The translations under genes were made by a program, and so were the position numbers. The notes below the pieces were generated by a model. It did no database searches and was not told where the DNA came from. It saw nothing but the letters and a program-made list of their open reading frames with translations. This document shows positions 6,919 to 15,753 of a DNA stretch of 55,071 bases, in pieces (position 1 is the stretch's first letter; each line of letters opens with the position of its first letter). The DNA comes from Candidatus Pacearchaeota archaeon (lineage in GTDB: Archaea; Nanobdellota; Nanobdellia; Pacearchaeales; GW2011-AR1). The stretch is from positions 1 to 55,071 of the forward strand of contig JACOWL010000009.1 in NCBI GenBank assembly GCA_016176815.1. Reading direction: 5' to 3'.

Positions 6919-7307
6919 TTTATGAATTCCTTTATTTTATTGGTTTTTATTTTGTTTTCTTTTTTTAATAAGATTAATTTTTTTTCTTCAAATTCTTTTG
7001 GAATTTTATCGTAGCATCTAATTCTTTTCCAGGCTTCACGGCCTCTGCCTTCCCGATAATTTGGCAGCATGCCCCTTATAGTTCTTTTTACAATTTTTTC
7101 AGTTTTACGGGGGTGTTTTGGACCTTTTTGGCTGCTTCCAAATCTTGATCTTTTTTCTAAAAATTCTTTTTCAATCCTCTTTCTATTTCCAGTAATAAGT
7201 ATATCAGAACAATTTACAATTGCAATTTCTTCGCCTTTTAAAGATTCTTTAGCGGCGTAACTTGCCAACCTTCCCAAAACCATTCCGGAGCCGTCAATTA
7301 TTTTCAT
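6915..7307 (-). CDS. rpl13: 50S ribosomal protein uL13
   Basis: 'IDGSGMVLGRLASYAAK...', 'IRGMLP'. 4-nt overlaps with both neighbours. Confidence 0.9.
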   Translation of the reverse strand: MKIIDGSGMVLGRLASYAAKESLKGEEIAIVNCSDILITGNRKRIEKEFLEKRSRFGSSQKGPKHPRKTEKIVKRTIRGMLPNYREGRGREAWKRIRCYDKIPKEFEEKKLILLKKENKIKTNKIKEFIK

Positions 7308-7672
7308 TTTAAAATCCTGATTCCTTCTGCAGAAGGATTTGATTTAATTTCCGTTAGGATGTTTGAAAATTCGCATCCCGATTTTTTTAATTTTTCTTTT
7401 GCCTTTTCAGAAAAACTTAATGCAATAACGTTTATTTTTTTATTAATTTCCCCTTGCGACAAAACTTTTCCCGGAACAATAACTTTTTCCTTTTCTTTTG
7501 TTTGGTTATTTATTTCGTTAAGATTTAAATTAATTCTTTTTCTTCGGGGGCCTGAAATAATTCCCGCAACCTCCAGCCAACTGTTTTTTTTCTTTGCAGA
7601 AAGCAGAGTTTCAATTAATTCAGGATTATTCTTTTTCTGCATTTGTTTTTCAATTTGTGTTTTCGATTTCAT
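7304..7672 (-). CDS. rpl18e: 50S ribosomal protein eL18 (L18e)
   Basis: 'ISGPRRKR...VIVPGKVLSQGEI.K.I.VIALSFSEKAKEKLKKSG' and its position in the archaeal L18e-L13-S9 cluster. Confidence 0.8.
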   Translation of the reverse strand: MKSKTQIEKQMQKKNNPELIETLLSAKKKNSWLEVAGIISGPRRKRINLNLNEINNQTKEKEKVIVPGKVLSQGEINKKINVIALSFSEKAKEKLKKSGCEFSNILTEIKSNPSAEGIRILK

Positions 7673-7792
7673 TTTATATTAACGAGAAGCAATAATAACC
7701 CACTTCTCGCTTGCGCTCGCAGGTAAAATTTTGAGCAATTAATCATTTATAAACTTTTCTTGAAGTTTTTAATTTAGAATTTTTATTTTCTA

Positions 7793-7804
7793 AATGCGCG
7801 AGCC
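7793..7804. repeat. 12-nt exact copy (AATGCGCGAGCC) of the tRNA-Gly 3' end plus trailer
   Basis: Identical to 7855-7866, 62 bp away. GC-rich within an AT-rich spacer. Confidence 0.7.
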
Positions 7805-7856
7805 CGAGCGTTTTGGCTTTGACAAATTTTTATTATTTTATTAATAACAAAGACAA

Positions 7857-7927
7857 TGCGCGAGCCGGGAATCGAACCCGGGCCAACTGCTTGGAAGGCA
7901 GTGATCATGCCATTAGACCACTCACGC
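7857..7927 (-). tRNA. tRNA-Gly (anticodon UCC), no encoded CCA
   Basis: Hand fold: acceptor GCGTGAG/CTCGCGC, anticodon arm ACTGC-CTTCCAA-GCAGT, T arm CCGGG-TTCGATT-CCCGG. Confidence 0.85.
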
Positions 7928-7950
7928 AAGGCATTACTTTTGATAGTTTT

Positions 7951-7994
7951 ATTCCTGTATAGCTTTAACTATATTCCTGTATAGCTTTAGCTAT
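7951..7994. repeat. 22-bp x2 tandem repeat (ATTCCTGTATAGCTTTARCTAT) between tRNA-Leu and tRNA-Gly
   Basis: Units 7951-7972 and 7973-7994 differ at one position. Contains the TATAGCT..AGCTATA inverted motif. Confidence 0.8.
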
Positions 7995-8029
7995 AAACTT
8001 TTTTAAATGTTGTGAAAAGAAGATTAAAA

Positions 8030-8113
8030 TGCGGAATAAAGGGTTCGAACCTTTGCAGGCACTAAGCCACGAGAGCCTTAATCTCGCCCGTTTGACCACT
8101 CCGGCAATTCCGC
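8030..8113 (-). tRNA. tRNA-Leu (type II, long variable arm); hand-folded anticodon AAG (alternative register UAA)
   Basis: Acceptor GCGGAAT/ATTCCGC, T arm AAAGG-TTCGAAC-CCTTT, anticodon arm CGAGA-TTAAGGC-TCTCG. Confidence 0.8.
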
Positions 8114-8189
8114 ATAAAAATTTGTGGTCAAACTTGTTTAAATCTTTTCTGGAAGGAAAAGTTTAGGCGAAAATTTCCAGTTTTCAGCC

Positions 8190-8213
8190 TGACCACTCCG
8201 GCAATTCCGCATA
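8190..8213. repeat. 24-nt exact copy (TGACCACTCCGGCAATTCCGCATA) of the tRNA-Leu 5' 21 nt plus 3 nt of leader
   Basis: Identical to 8093-8116, 97 bp away. Confidence 0.9.
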
Positions 8214-8312
8214 TATTTAATATTAAATAGATATATAAAAAACTTTATTTATTTTCTTCTACTCCCAACCCCGATTTCTATTTTCTATAAATGCCTTCGT
8301 GATTGATTGAAA

Positions 8313-9044
8313 TCAAAGTCGCTCGATCCACCCATATCCTTTTTTTTCCAATTTTTTAACCAACTCATTCCCGCCTTCAATGGCGATTTTTCCATTAATC
8401 ATAACAAATAATTTGTCCGGCGTTAAATACTCTAAAATTCTTTTGTAATGAGTTATAACAATAATTATTTTTTCTTTATTCATTAATTTATTCACTCCGG
8501 AAGAAATTATTTTTAAGGCGTCAATATCAAGCCCGGAATCTGTTTCATCTAAAATTGCCGCTTTTGGATTTAATATATTTAATTGCAAGATTTCAGATTT
8601 CTTTTTTTCTCCTCCCGAAAAACCCTGATTTAAATATCTTTCAGAAAAATTTTCAGGCATTTTTAAAAGCTTTAATTTTTCTTTTAGAAGTTTGTGAAAA
8701 TCCAAAACAGAAATTTTTTGGTTTTTTGAATTATTTAGAGCTATTCTTAAAAAATTAGAAATTGTAACTCCATCAATTTCACTTGGATTTTGAAAACTTA
8801 AAAAAATTCCCCTCTTTGCCCTTTCATTTGGATTTAAATTTGTAATATCTTCGCCATTAAAAAAGATTTTTCCTCTCGTTATTTTATATCCGGGGTCCCC
8901 CATTATAATTTTTGCCAGTGTTGATTTGCCGCTTCCATTTGGACCCATTAAAGCATAAATTTTGCCTTTTTTGAATTTTAAATTAATTCCCTTGATAATT
9001 TCTTTTTCACCGACTTTAACATGCAAGTTTTTTATTTCAAGCAT
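8313..9044 (-). CDS. sufC: Fe-S cluster assembly ATPase SufC
   Basis: Walker A 'GPNGSGKST', 'LSGGEKK'-type signature 'FSGGEKKKSE', and suf context. Confidence 0.9.
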   Translation of the reverse strand: MLEIKNLHVKVGEKEIIKGINLKFKKGKIYALMGPNGSGKSTLAKIIMGDPGYKITRGKIFFNGEDITNLNPNERAKRGIFLSFQNPSEIDGVTISNFLRIALNNSKNQKISVLDFHKLLKEKLKLLKMPENFSERYLNQGFSGGEKKKSEILQLNILNPKAAILDETDSGLDIDALKIISSGVNKLMNKEKIIIVITHYKRILEYLTPDKLFVMINGKIAIEGGNELVKKLEKKGYGWIERL

Positions 9045-9405
9045 TTTCTAAAACTCCTTTCATAGCTTCAAGAGGCAATAAAGCGCATTTTAATCTGGCG
9101 TGAGAAATTGGAATATGAATCATTTCTAAAATATCTTCTTTCGTTAATTTCTTTGCGCTTTCCACTTTCATATTTTTTATTTTGTCCGTTAACAAAGAAG
9201 CTGAAGCCTGAGAAATTGCGCATCCAATTCCGTTAAACTTAATATTCGTTATTTTATTATTTTTTGCAATAATCTGGATTTTAATTTCATCTCCGCAAAG
9301 AGGATTGTTTTTTGAAAATTCATAAGTTGGATTTTCTAAATTTCCTTTATTATGCGGATTTTTATAAAGATCCAGAATATGTTCTTTGTACATTTCAAGA
9401 CTCAT
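9037..9405 (-). CDS. sufU: SufU/IscU-type Fe-S scaffold or sulfur acceptor
   Basis: 'NPLCGDEI', 'GIGCAISQASASL', 'RLKCALLP' conserved Cys motifs. Confidence 0.8.
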   Translation of the reverse strand: MSLEMYKEHILDLYKNPHNKGNLENPTYEFSKNNPLCGDEIKIQIIAKNNKITNIKFNGIGCAISQASASLLTDKIKNMKVESAKKLTKEDILEMIHIPISHARLKCALLPLEAMKGVLENA

Positions 9406-10536
9406 TTTTTAAAGACCTCTTTGACCTTTTTTATTCCTTTAATTAATTTATCAACGTCTTCTTTAGAATTATAAATAGAAAAACTTATTCTGCAAGTTCC
9501 CGGAATTCCTAATTTTTTCATCAAAGGCATACAGCAATGATGCCCGGCGCGGATGCATATTTTGTTGTCGTTTAAAATTTGCGCGACATCATGAGGATGG
9601 ACGTCTTCAATGTTGAAAGATATCAGAGAAATGCTTTTTTCTTTTTCAGAATTATATATTTTTATTTTTTTAATTTCAGATAATTTTTTTAAAGCATATT
9701 GCAAAAGTTCTTTTTCATACTTCTCAATATTCCCTATTTTTATTTTTTTTATATACTTTATTGCCTCTGCAAGACTTATTGCTCCTGCAATATTTTGTGT
9801 TCCGGCTTCAAATTTTTCCGGAATATCTAAAAAAATTGCATCTTCATAACTCACTGAATTTATCATCCCGCCTCCGAATAAAAAAGGAGGAAGTTTTTCT
9901 AAAAGCTCTTTTTTTCCATAAAGAACGCCAATTCCAAGAGGACCAAACATTTTATGACCGGAGAAAGCAAAAAATCACAGCCAATTTTTTTAACATCTAT
10001 TTTAAGGTGTTGAATACTTTGAGCGGCATCAATTATTGCGATGGCTTTTTTTTCTTTTGCAAGAGAAACTAAAAATTTAATGTTGTTTATTGTTCCAAAA
10101 ACATTTGAAATATGCGTGACTGCAAGAATCGCGGTTTTATCCCGAATAATTTTTTTTGCTTTTTTATAATCCAATTCATAGTTTTTGGTTATTGGAATAA
10201 ATTTTAGTTTAAAATTATTTTTTTTTGCAAATTCCTGCCAAGGAATTAGATTAGAGTGGTGTTCCATTTCTGTCAAGACAATTTCATTTCATTTGTTTCA
10301 GCGTTAATAAATCTTGCAATAGTTTTTCTGGCTTGATTGTATTTTTCTGATGCCTTTTCTGTAAGAGTGTAAATCCCGCGGCCAACATTTGCATTTTCTT
10401 TTTCATAAAAATTTGTTATAGATTTAATTACCTGTTTTGGTTTTTGAGAAGTTGAAGCGCTGTCTAAATAAACTAAATGCGGGTTATTTTTAAATATAGG
10501 AAAATCTTTTTTATAATTCATCTTTAATATTAACAA
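9402..10536 (-). pseudogene. sufS: Cysteine desulfurase SufS, decayed into three ORF fragments
   Basis: Fragments 10273..10536, 9899..10276 and 9402..9950. About 27 codons are missing between 'FINAETNE' and 'EIVLTEMEHHSN'. A -1 frameshift sits in a T6 run just before the PLP-lysine motif (restored reading '[24 protein letters not shown]'). Confidence 0.8.
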
Positions 10537-11945
10537 ACAGAATTTTCTATTTCTAATTCAATAAGCCTGTTTAATTCAACTGCATATTCTAATGGAAGAG
10601 CTTTTATCAATGGCTCTATAAATCCGGAAACAATAAGTTTGATTGCTTCATCTTCACTTAATCCTCTCGACATTAAATAAAATAATTGCTCCTCTTCTAT
10701 TTTTCCAACAGCCGCTTCATGCGCGACTTTAACGTCATTTTCATGCACATCCATTGACGGAAAAGTCAGCGCTTTTGAAGAATTGTCAAGCATTAAACCG
10801 TCGCACCTGACATTTGATTTAGAATTTATTGCCCCATTTTTTATTTGAACTAATCCCCTATAAGAACTTATTCCTCCGGACATGCTGATGCCCTTGCTTA
10901 AAATTGAAGAGCTCGTATTTTCAGCTAAATGATAAACTTTGCATCCGGTATCTTGATATTGGTTTTTCCCAGCATAAGCAATTCCGATATAATCTGTTTT
11001 TGCATTTTTTCCAATTAAAATACTGCAAGGATAAAGCATTGTAATTTTAGAGCCGAGATTTCCATTGACCCATTCCATAATTGCATTTTCATGAACAATT
11101 GCGCGTTTGGTATTTAAATTATAAACATTTTTAGACCAATTTTCAATGCTTGTATATCTTGCTCTTGCATTTTTTAAAACATGTATTTCAACGCATCCTG
11201 CATGAAGAGAATTTTCTGAATATGTCGGGCTTGAACATCCTTCAATATAATGTATTTCAGCGCCTTCATCTACAACGATTAAAGTGTGTTCAAATTGCCC
11301 CCCTTTTTTTGCATTCATCCTAAAATAAGCCTGCAAAGGAATATCAACTTTAACATTTTTTGGAATATAAATAAAAGTTCCGCCTGACCAAACAGCAGCG
11401 TGCAGAGCAGAAAATTTATGCAGATTTATTGGGATGCAGTTAGTCATAAAATATTTTTTTACAAGTTCCGGATATTTTTGAACAGCCTCGTCCATATTTA
11501 AAAAAACAACCCCTTTTTTTTCCAAGTCTTTTTTTAGATTATGGTAAATAATTTCTGATTCATATTGCGCCCCGACACCTCCCAGTGCGGTTCTTTCTGC
11601 TTGAGGAATTCCAAGTTTTTCATAAGTTTTTCTAATTTCTTCCGGAACTTCTTTCCAAGAATTTGAATTTCTTTTTGCGTCTGGCCTCATATAATAGATT
11701 ATTTTGTTTAAATCTAATTCATTTAAACTTGGCCCCCAATTTGGAATTTTTTTTTCATTAAATATTTTCAAACCTAAAAGTCTTTTTTCAAGCATCCATT
11801 TTGGTTCTCTTTTATCTTTAGAAATTTGTCTCACGAGCTTTTCTGTTATGCCCGGCTCTGCTTTGAAGGCGAGGTTTTCGGGATTATAATAATCATAATT
11901 TTCTCTATTTATTTCTATTTTTTCTTTGATATTTTGGTTAGACAT
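10530..11945 (-). CDS. sufB: Fe-S cluster assembly protein SufB
   Basis: 471 aa with typical SufB blocks ('GGVGAQYESE', 'HTLIVVDEGA', 'EGCSSP', 'DAIKLIVSGF'). Confidence 0.9.
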   Translation of the reverse strand: MSNQNIKEKIEINRENYDYYNPENLAFKAEPGITEKLVRQISKDKREPKWMLEKRLLGLKIFNEKKIPNWGPSLNELDLNKIIYYMRPDAKRNSNSWKEVPEEIRKTYEKLGIPQAERTALGGVGAQYESEIIYHNLKKDLEKKGVVFLNMDEAVQKYPELVKKYFMTNCIPINLHKFSALHAAVWSGGTFIYIPKNVKVDIPLQAYFRMNAKKGGQFEHTLIVVDEGAEIHYIEGCSSPTYSENSLHAGCVEIHVLKNARARYTSIENWSKNVYNLNTKRAIVHENAIMEWVNGNLGSKITMLYPCSILIGKNAKTDYIGIAYAGKNQYQDTGCKVYHLAENTSSSILSKGISMSGGISSYRGLVQIKNGAINSKSNVRCDGLMLDNSSKALTFPSMDVHENDVKVAHEAAVGKIEEEQLFYLMSRGLSEDEAIKLIVSGFIEPLIKALPLEYAVELNRLIELEIENSVC

Positions 11946-11960
11946 CTTAACTATTGTTAA
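11944..11960. promoter_or_regulatory. 17-nt box ATCTTAACTATTGTTAA (palindrome TTAAC-N4-GTTAA) abutting the sufB start codon
   Basis: An identical 17-mer occurs at 15754-15770 in front of sod. Confidence 0.6.
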
Positions 11961-12019
11961 GTTTATAGATTTTTAAGATTTATGGTAATGCTTAAATATT
12001 CATTTACCTTAAATTTTTT

Positions 12020-12379
12020 ATGAACCCTCTCCCGCAAGAACTTGAAATTTGGTATTTAATTCCTGCTTTAAGACGGGAATTAACAAAAATTTTTATTTCA
12101 GATTTTAAATTTAGTCAAAAACAAATTTCAAAAATTCTTGGAATTACTGAAAGCGCGGTTTCCCAGTATTTAAGTTCAAAAAGAGGAAATGAATTAAAAT
12201 TTTCAAAAAAAGAAATTAGGGAAATTAAAAAAACCGCTAAAAAAATAATTAAATCTAAAAAAGCAAATGAAGAATTTTATAAGCTTTGTATAAAATTGCG
12301 AGGCACTGAAAGTTTGTGCAAGCTGCATAGAAAACATGACAAAAATATTTCAAAAAATTGCGATTTGTGCAATTGTTGA
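12020..12379 (+). CDS. HTH transcriptional regulator with a Cys-rich C-terminus, divergent from sufB
   Basis: 'SQKQISKILGITESAVSQYLSSKRG' HTH. Cysteines at 'LCIK', 'LCKLH' and 'CDLCNC*'. Confidence 0.55.
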   Translation: MNPLPQELEIWYLIPALRRELTKIFISDFKFSQKQISKILGITESAVSQYLSSKRGNELKFSKKEIREIKKTAKKIIKSKKANEEFYKLCIKLRGTESLCKLHRKHDKNISKNCDLCNC

Positions 12380-13450
12380 TTATTCATTCGGCTGAATTAT
12401 TTTAGAACAATAATCTTCTGCTTTAAATTTTTCTCCTTTCTCAACCATCTCTGCAAACTTAGGAAAATTAATCCAGCATTTTCTTTTTAAAGATTTTTTA
12501 ATTAAAAGAATTGCTCTTGATGGAAGATGCTCCCGCATATATTCGTATTCCGGAAGTTTTTCTAATAATATTTTCATAAATTCTTTCATGTCTTCTATCG
12601 TCGGCATATTTTCAACCTTATAATATCCCTGGCTTGCTCCAACCCAAACATAAGATTTCAGTTCTAAAAAATCAGGGTTTCCTCTTCTTATTAATTTAGC
12701 ATATCCGTCTTCATCACACATATTTTCATTTTTTATCATCGTTAATCTAATGCAGGTTCTGTAATCGCGGGTTTTTAGCAAATCCAAACATTCCAACATT
12801 CTTTCCCAAAAATCAGGAAATAATGGCCTGTCAATTTTTTTCATAAGCTCTTTATTTGGCGCATCTATGCTTAAATATAATTGAGTAACTTTGTCAATTT
12901 TTTTAATTTGTTCGGGATATTGCGAATTTGTAACTAAAAAAGTTGAGATTTTTCTTTTATGAAATGCTTTTAATATTTCATTTATTAACGGATAAGTAAT
13001 CGGCTCACCGGTTAAAGAAAGCGCAACGTGGCGGACATTTTTCATTTCTGAAATTGCTTTTTTATTATGTTTTTCAGAACCCATCCCTTTAAATCCCTGC
13101 AGTAATTTAATGTGCTCGTCAATTGAATGATTAATTATATGTTCCGGAGAATCTATTGGGCCATACCATTCTGAAGCAACAGGAGCTTTTTGTCCTCGCC
13201 AGCAGAATTTGCATCTTGAAGCGCAAAACATTGAAGTAGTCATTTGCAAACACTGGTGAGAACGAATTCCGTAAAAAATAAATTTGTAGCATCCGCCCTT
13301 TCCTCTTATCATATTTCTTGTCCATTCGCAAATCTTGACGGCAGAATGGTTGCCGACTAAACGATAGCCTTGTTTTTTTAAAGAATTTTGCTGATCAGCT
13401 GTTAATTGAGTTTCTAATTCTGGCTGGATGGCTTTTTTTTGAAATTCCAA
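12380..13450 (-). CDS. taw1: tRNA wyosine-derivative biosynthesis radical SAM enzyme Taw1/TYW1
   Basis: 'CYKFIFYGIRSHQCLQMT', 'CASRCKFCWRG', 'LSLTGEPITYP'. Confidence 0.8.
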   Translation of the reverse strand: MEFQKKAIQPELETQLTADQQNSLKKQGYRLVGNHSAVKICEWTRNMIRGKGGCYKFIFYGIRSHQCLQMTTSMFCASRCKFCWRGQKAPVASEWYGPIDSPEHIINHSIDEHIKLLQGFKGMGSEKHNKKAISEMKNVRHVALSLTGEPITYPLINEILKAFHKRKISTFLVTNSQYPEQIKKIDKVTQLYLSIDAPNKELMKKIDRPLFPDFWERMLECLDLLKTRDYRTCIRLTMIKNENMCDEDGYAKLIRRGNPDFLELKSYVWVGASQGYYKVENMPTIEDMKEFMKILLEKLPEYEYMREHLPSRAILLIKKSLKRKCWINFPKFAEMVEKGEKFKAEDYCSKIIQPNE

Positions 13451-13499
13451 TAATTGATTATCTAATTCTGGATTGATTATTTTTAAAGAAATTTTATTT

Positions 13500-14249
13500 T
13501 TAATTTTCTAATTCCTCCAATGCTTTAATAGGATTAAAAGCTTCTTTCAAATTTATTATTGGCTGTTCAACGTTTACGATATCATCGGTTCCTATTCTTG
13601 GGCAGGCAGTATTTACCCAGCAGTGTATAAAAGGATAATTTTCTAATTGAGAGAGATTTATATTATTATCAATAAAAATATATGATTTTTTCCCATTCTC
13701 TTTTAATTTTTCTTTTAAATTTTTAGCTGAATTAAAATATTGCTGTCCGGGTTTTATCGTCACTAAAATTCCAATGGTTTTTGAATTAATGAACATTTTT
13801 AAATTTCTTTTCTTTTTTTGAATTTGTTTATCTATATCTTTTTTATTTATTTCATTTATTTTGTTTGAAATTGGGTCGAAAATTATCACTGGTTTAAAAC
13901 TTTCTTTCTTTTCTTTTATTTGTGAAAGCAACAACGCTTTTGGATGAAACAATCCGTCGCCAACATATAAAATTAAATCAGAATTTTTAATTATTTGGTC
14001 TTTAAAAGAATCCCCATCGCAATCACATCCCAAAATTTGCATATTTTTATTTGTTCTCTTTGCTTTTGTAATATTAACTTTAATCTTATTTTTTTCCAGT
14101 TCTTTAATAAAATCATTTAAATTTGTAAATTGCACAGAAGCAAAAAGCGCAATAGATTTAATATTTTTTTCTTTAAGATATTTTTTAAGATTGTTTGTTA
14201 AAAAGATTTTTCCTTTCCATTTAGCATCTATTAATAATAATCTTGGCAT
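13500..14249 (-). CDS. dph2: Diphthamide synthase Dph2, C-terminal 249-aa part
   Basis: 'ILGCDC', 'VNTACPRIG' cluster-ligand motifs. Its ATG lies one codon after the TAA that ends 14253..14513, in the same frame. Confidence 0.75.
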   Translation of the reverse strand: MPRLLLIDAKWKGKIFLTNNLKKYLKEKNIKSIALFASVQFTNLNDFIKELEKNKIKVNITKAKRTNKNMQILGCDCDGDSFKDQIIKNSDLILYVGDGLFHPKALLLSQIKEKKESFKPVIIFDPISNKINEINKKDIDKQIQKKKRNLKMFINSKTIGILVTIKPGQQYFNSAKNLKEKLKENGKKSYIFIDNNINLSQLENYPFIHCWVNTACPRIGTDDIVNVEQPIINLKEAFNPIKALEELEN

Positions 14250-14252
14250 TTT

Positions 14253-14513
14253 TTACCATTCCTCTTTGTTGAATTTATTGTGTCCCCACTGAATTATCAA
14301 ATCAATTCCCAGAATGTCCATTCCTAAAGGTAAGTCACAAGCCCCGTAACAATCTCCAAACCAGATAAACGCTTTTGCATTTGTTTTACTTTCAATAAAA
14401 TCAACTATTTCATTTGAGCCTTTTTTCAAACCATCAGGTAATTGAATTAAAACCTGCTTTGACGCGCTTTTTTTTATTTCTTGAATAATTTTTTCTAATT
14501 CTAAGCTATACAT
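14253..14513 (-). CDS. dph2: Diphthamide synthase Dph2, N-terminal 86-aa part
   Basis: 'VLIQLPDGLKK', 'GDCYGACDLP', 'DLIIQWGH' match the Dph2 N-terminal domain. Ends with TAA at 14253-14255. Confidence 0.75.
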   Translation of the reverse strand: MYSLELEKIIQEIKKSASKQVLIQLPDGLKKGSNEIVDFIESKTNAKAFIWFGDCYGACDLPLGMDILGIDLIIQWGHNKFNKEEW

Positions 14514-14536
14514 TTTATTTATATTCAGAATTATGG

Positions 14537-15130
14537 CTAATTAAAACTTTTCCCGCACCCGCATTCTTTTTTGGAATTTGGATTATTAAATTTAAATCCG
14601 GATTCGTTTAAATTATCCACAAAATCAATTTCAACACCATCCAACTTTTCCATCCCCTTTTTATCCACTGAAACATTTATCCCGGATTTTTTAAAATTTA
14701 AATCTGATTTTATTAGTTTGTTTATTATTTCAAGATTGTAGACAGAACCGGAACATCCTCCAGAAAGAACTGAAATTCTTAAAATTGCGTTTTTTCTTTT
14801 TTCCTGTTTCATTATCTGTTTTATTTTTTCTATCGCTGTTTTTGTAAAATTTAATGAAAAATTTTTTATATTTTTAGGCCCAGTAGATTTTGAATTTTCT
14901 TCTAAGAGCTCATTTATCTGTTTAACAAGCTTGTTTAAATCATCTTCTGAATATCCGTGCCCTAAAACTCCTTGCTCTAATGTTTCAAAACTTGACGCTC
15001 CGCAACCAACACAATGAATTCCAAAATCAATCATAATTTCTGAGAGCAATTGCGCTTTTTCCGGGTTTTCTGCAAGAATTTCTGCAATGAGCATATTTTT
15101 TGTTATTTTTTGTATTTGTTTTGCTTTCAT
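14537..15130 (-). CDS. DUF1858 (redox-disulfide-like) domain fused to a HesB/IscA-type Fe-S carrier
   Basis: N-terminal 'IHCVGCGAS'. C-terminal 'GGCSGSVY' and 'CGCGKSF' IscA motifs. Confidence 0.75.
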   Translation of the reverse strand: MKAKQIQKITKNMLIAEILAENPEKAQLLSEIMIDFGIHCVGCGASSFETLEQGVLGHGYSEDDLNKLVKQINELLEENSKSTGPKNIKNFSLNFTKTAIEKIKQIMKQEKRKNAILRISVLSGGCSGSVYNLEIINKLIKSDLNFKKSGINVSVDKKGMEKLDGVEIDFVDNLNESGFKFNNPNSKKECGCGKSFN

Positions 15131-15135
15131 TTTAA

Positions 15136-15750
15136 TTATTTTTTATTCGCTTCTTTAAAAAATTGTTCAACTTTTTTCCAATTTATAACATTCCACCAAT
15201 TTTCTATATATTCTGGTCTTCGGTTTTGATATTTTAAATAATATGCATGTTCCCAAACATCTAATCCTAAAATCGGCTTCAAATTATTCATCAATGGAGA
15301 GTCCTGATTTTTTGTGAAAATAATTTCTAATTTTCCGTTGCTGTTTATAACTAACCAAGCCCATCCGCTTCCAAAAACTTTCAAAGCAGCATCTGTAAAT
15401 TGTTTTTTAAATTCATCAAAATTTCCAAATGTTTTTTTTATTTCTTCCGCAATTTTTCCTTTAAACTCTCTTTTCTTTGCATCAGAAGTCATTATCTCCC
15501 AAAACAAAGAATGATTTGCATGTCCTCCCCCGTGATTAATAACTGCCTGCTTTTTTTCCTGCGGAATTTTATTTATATTTTTAAGCAATTCATTTATTTC
15601 AATATTTTCAAATTCTGTTCCTTTAATAGCTTCATTTAATTTATCAACATAAGTCTGATGATGTTTATTGTGATGAATTTCCATCGTTTTAGCGTCTATA
15701 TACGGCTCTAATGCATCAAAAGAGTAAGGCAAATTTGGCAGTTTGAACAT
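15136..15750 (-). CDS. sod: Fe/Mn superoxide dismutase
   Basis: 'HHNKHHQTYV', 'GSGWAWL', 'DVWEHAYYLKYQNRRPEY'. Confidence 0.95.
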   Translation of the reverse strand: MFKLPNLPYSFDALEPYIDAKTMEIHHNKHHQTYVDKLNEAIKGTEFENIEINELLKNINKIPQEKKQAVINHGGGHANHSLFWEIMTSDAKKREFKGKIAEEIKKTFGNFDEFKKQFTDAALKVFGSGWAWLVINSNGKLEIIFTKNQDSPLMNNLKPILGLDVWEHAYYLKYQNRRPEYIENWWNVINWKKVEQFFKEANKK

Positions 15751-15753
15751 TTT

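Noticed and set aside
8140-8213. Extra tRNA: the duplicated tRNA-Leu 5' segment is followed by a GAAAA-CTGGAAA-TTTTC hairpin that mimics an anticodon arm (GGA)
   Set aside because: No T arm and no 3' acceptor strand follow. The stem is 5 A/U-rich pairs that can arise by chance in this composition. It is kept only as a note under the tRNA-duplication finding.
8285-8330. 'AAGTCGCTCGATCC' resembling the GC-hairpin family motif
   Set aside because: It lies inside the sufC coding sequence (GYGWIERL*), has no hairpin partner, and is probably coincidental.
3233-14255. Alternative genetic code (TGA or TAA reassigned)
   Set aside because: There is only one in-frame TGA and one in-frame TAA in about 90 genes. 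Trp is otherwise encoded by TGG, and all well-supported genes terminate normally with TAA, TAG or TGA.
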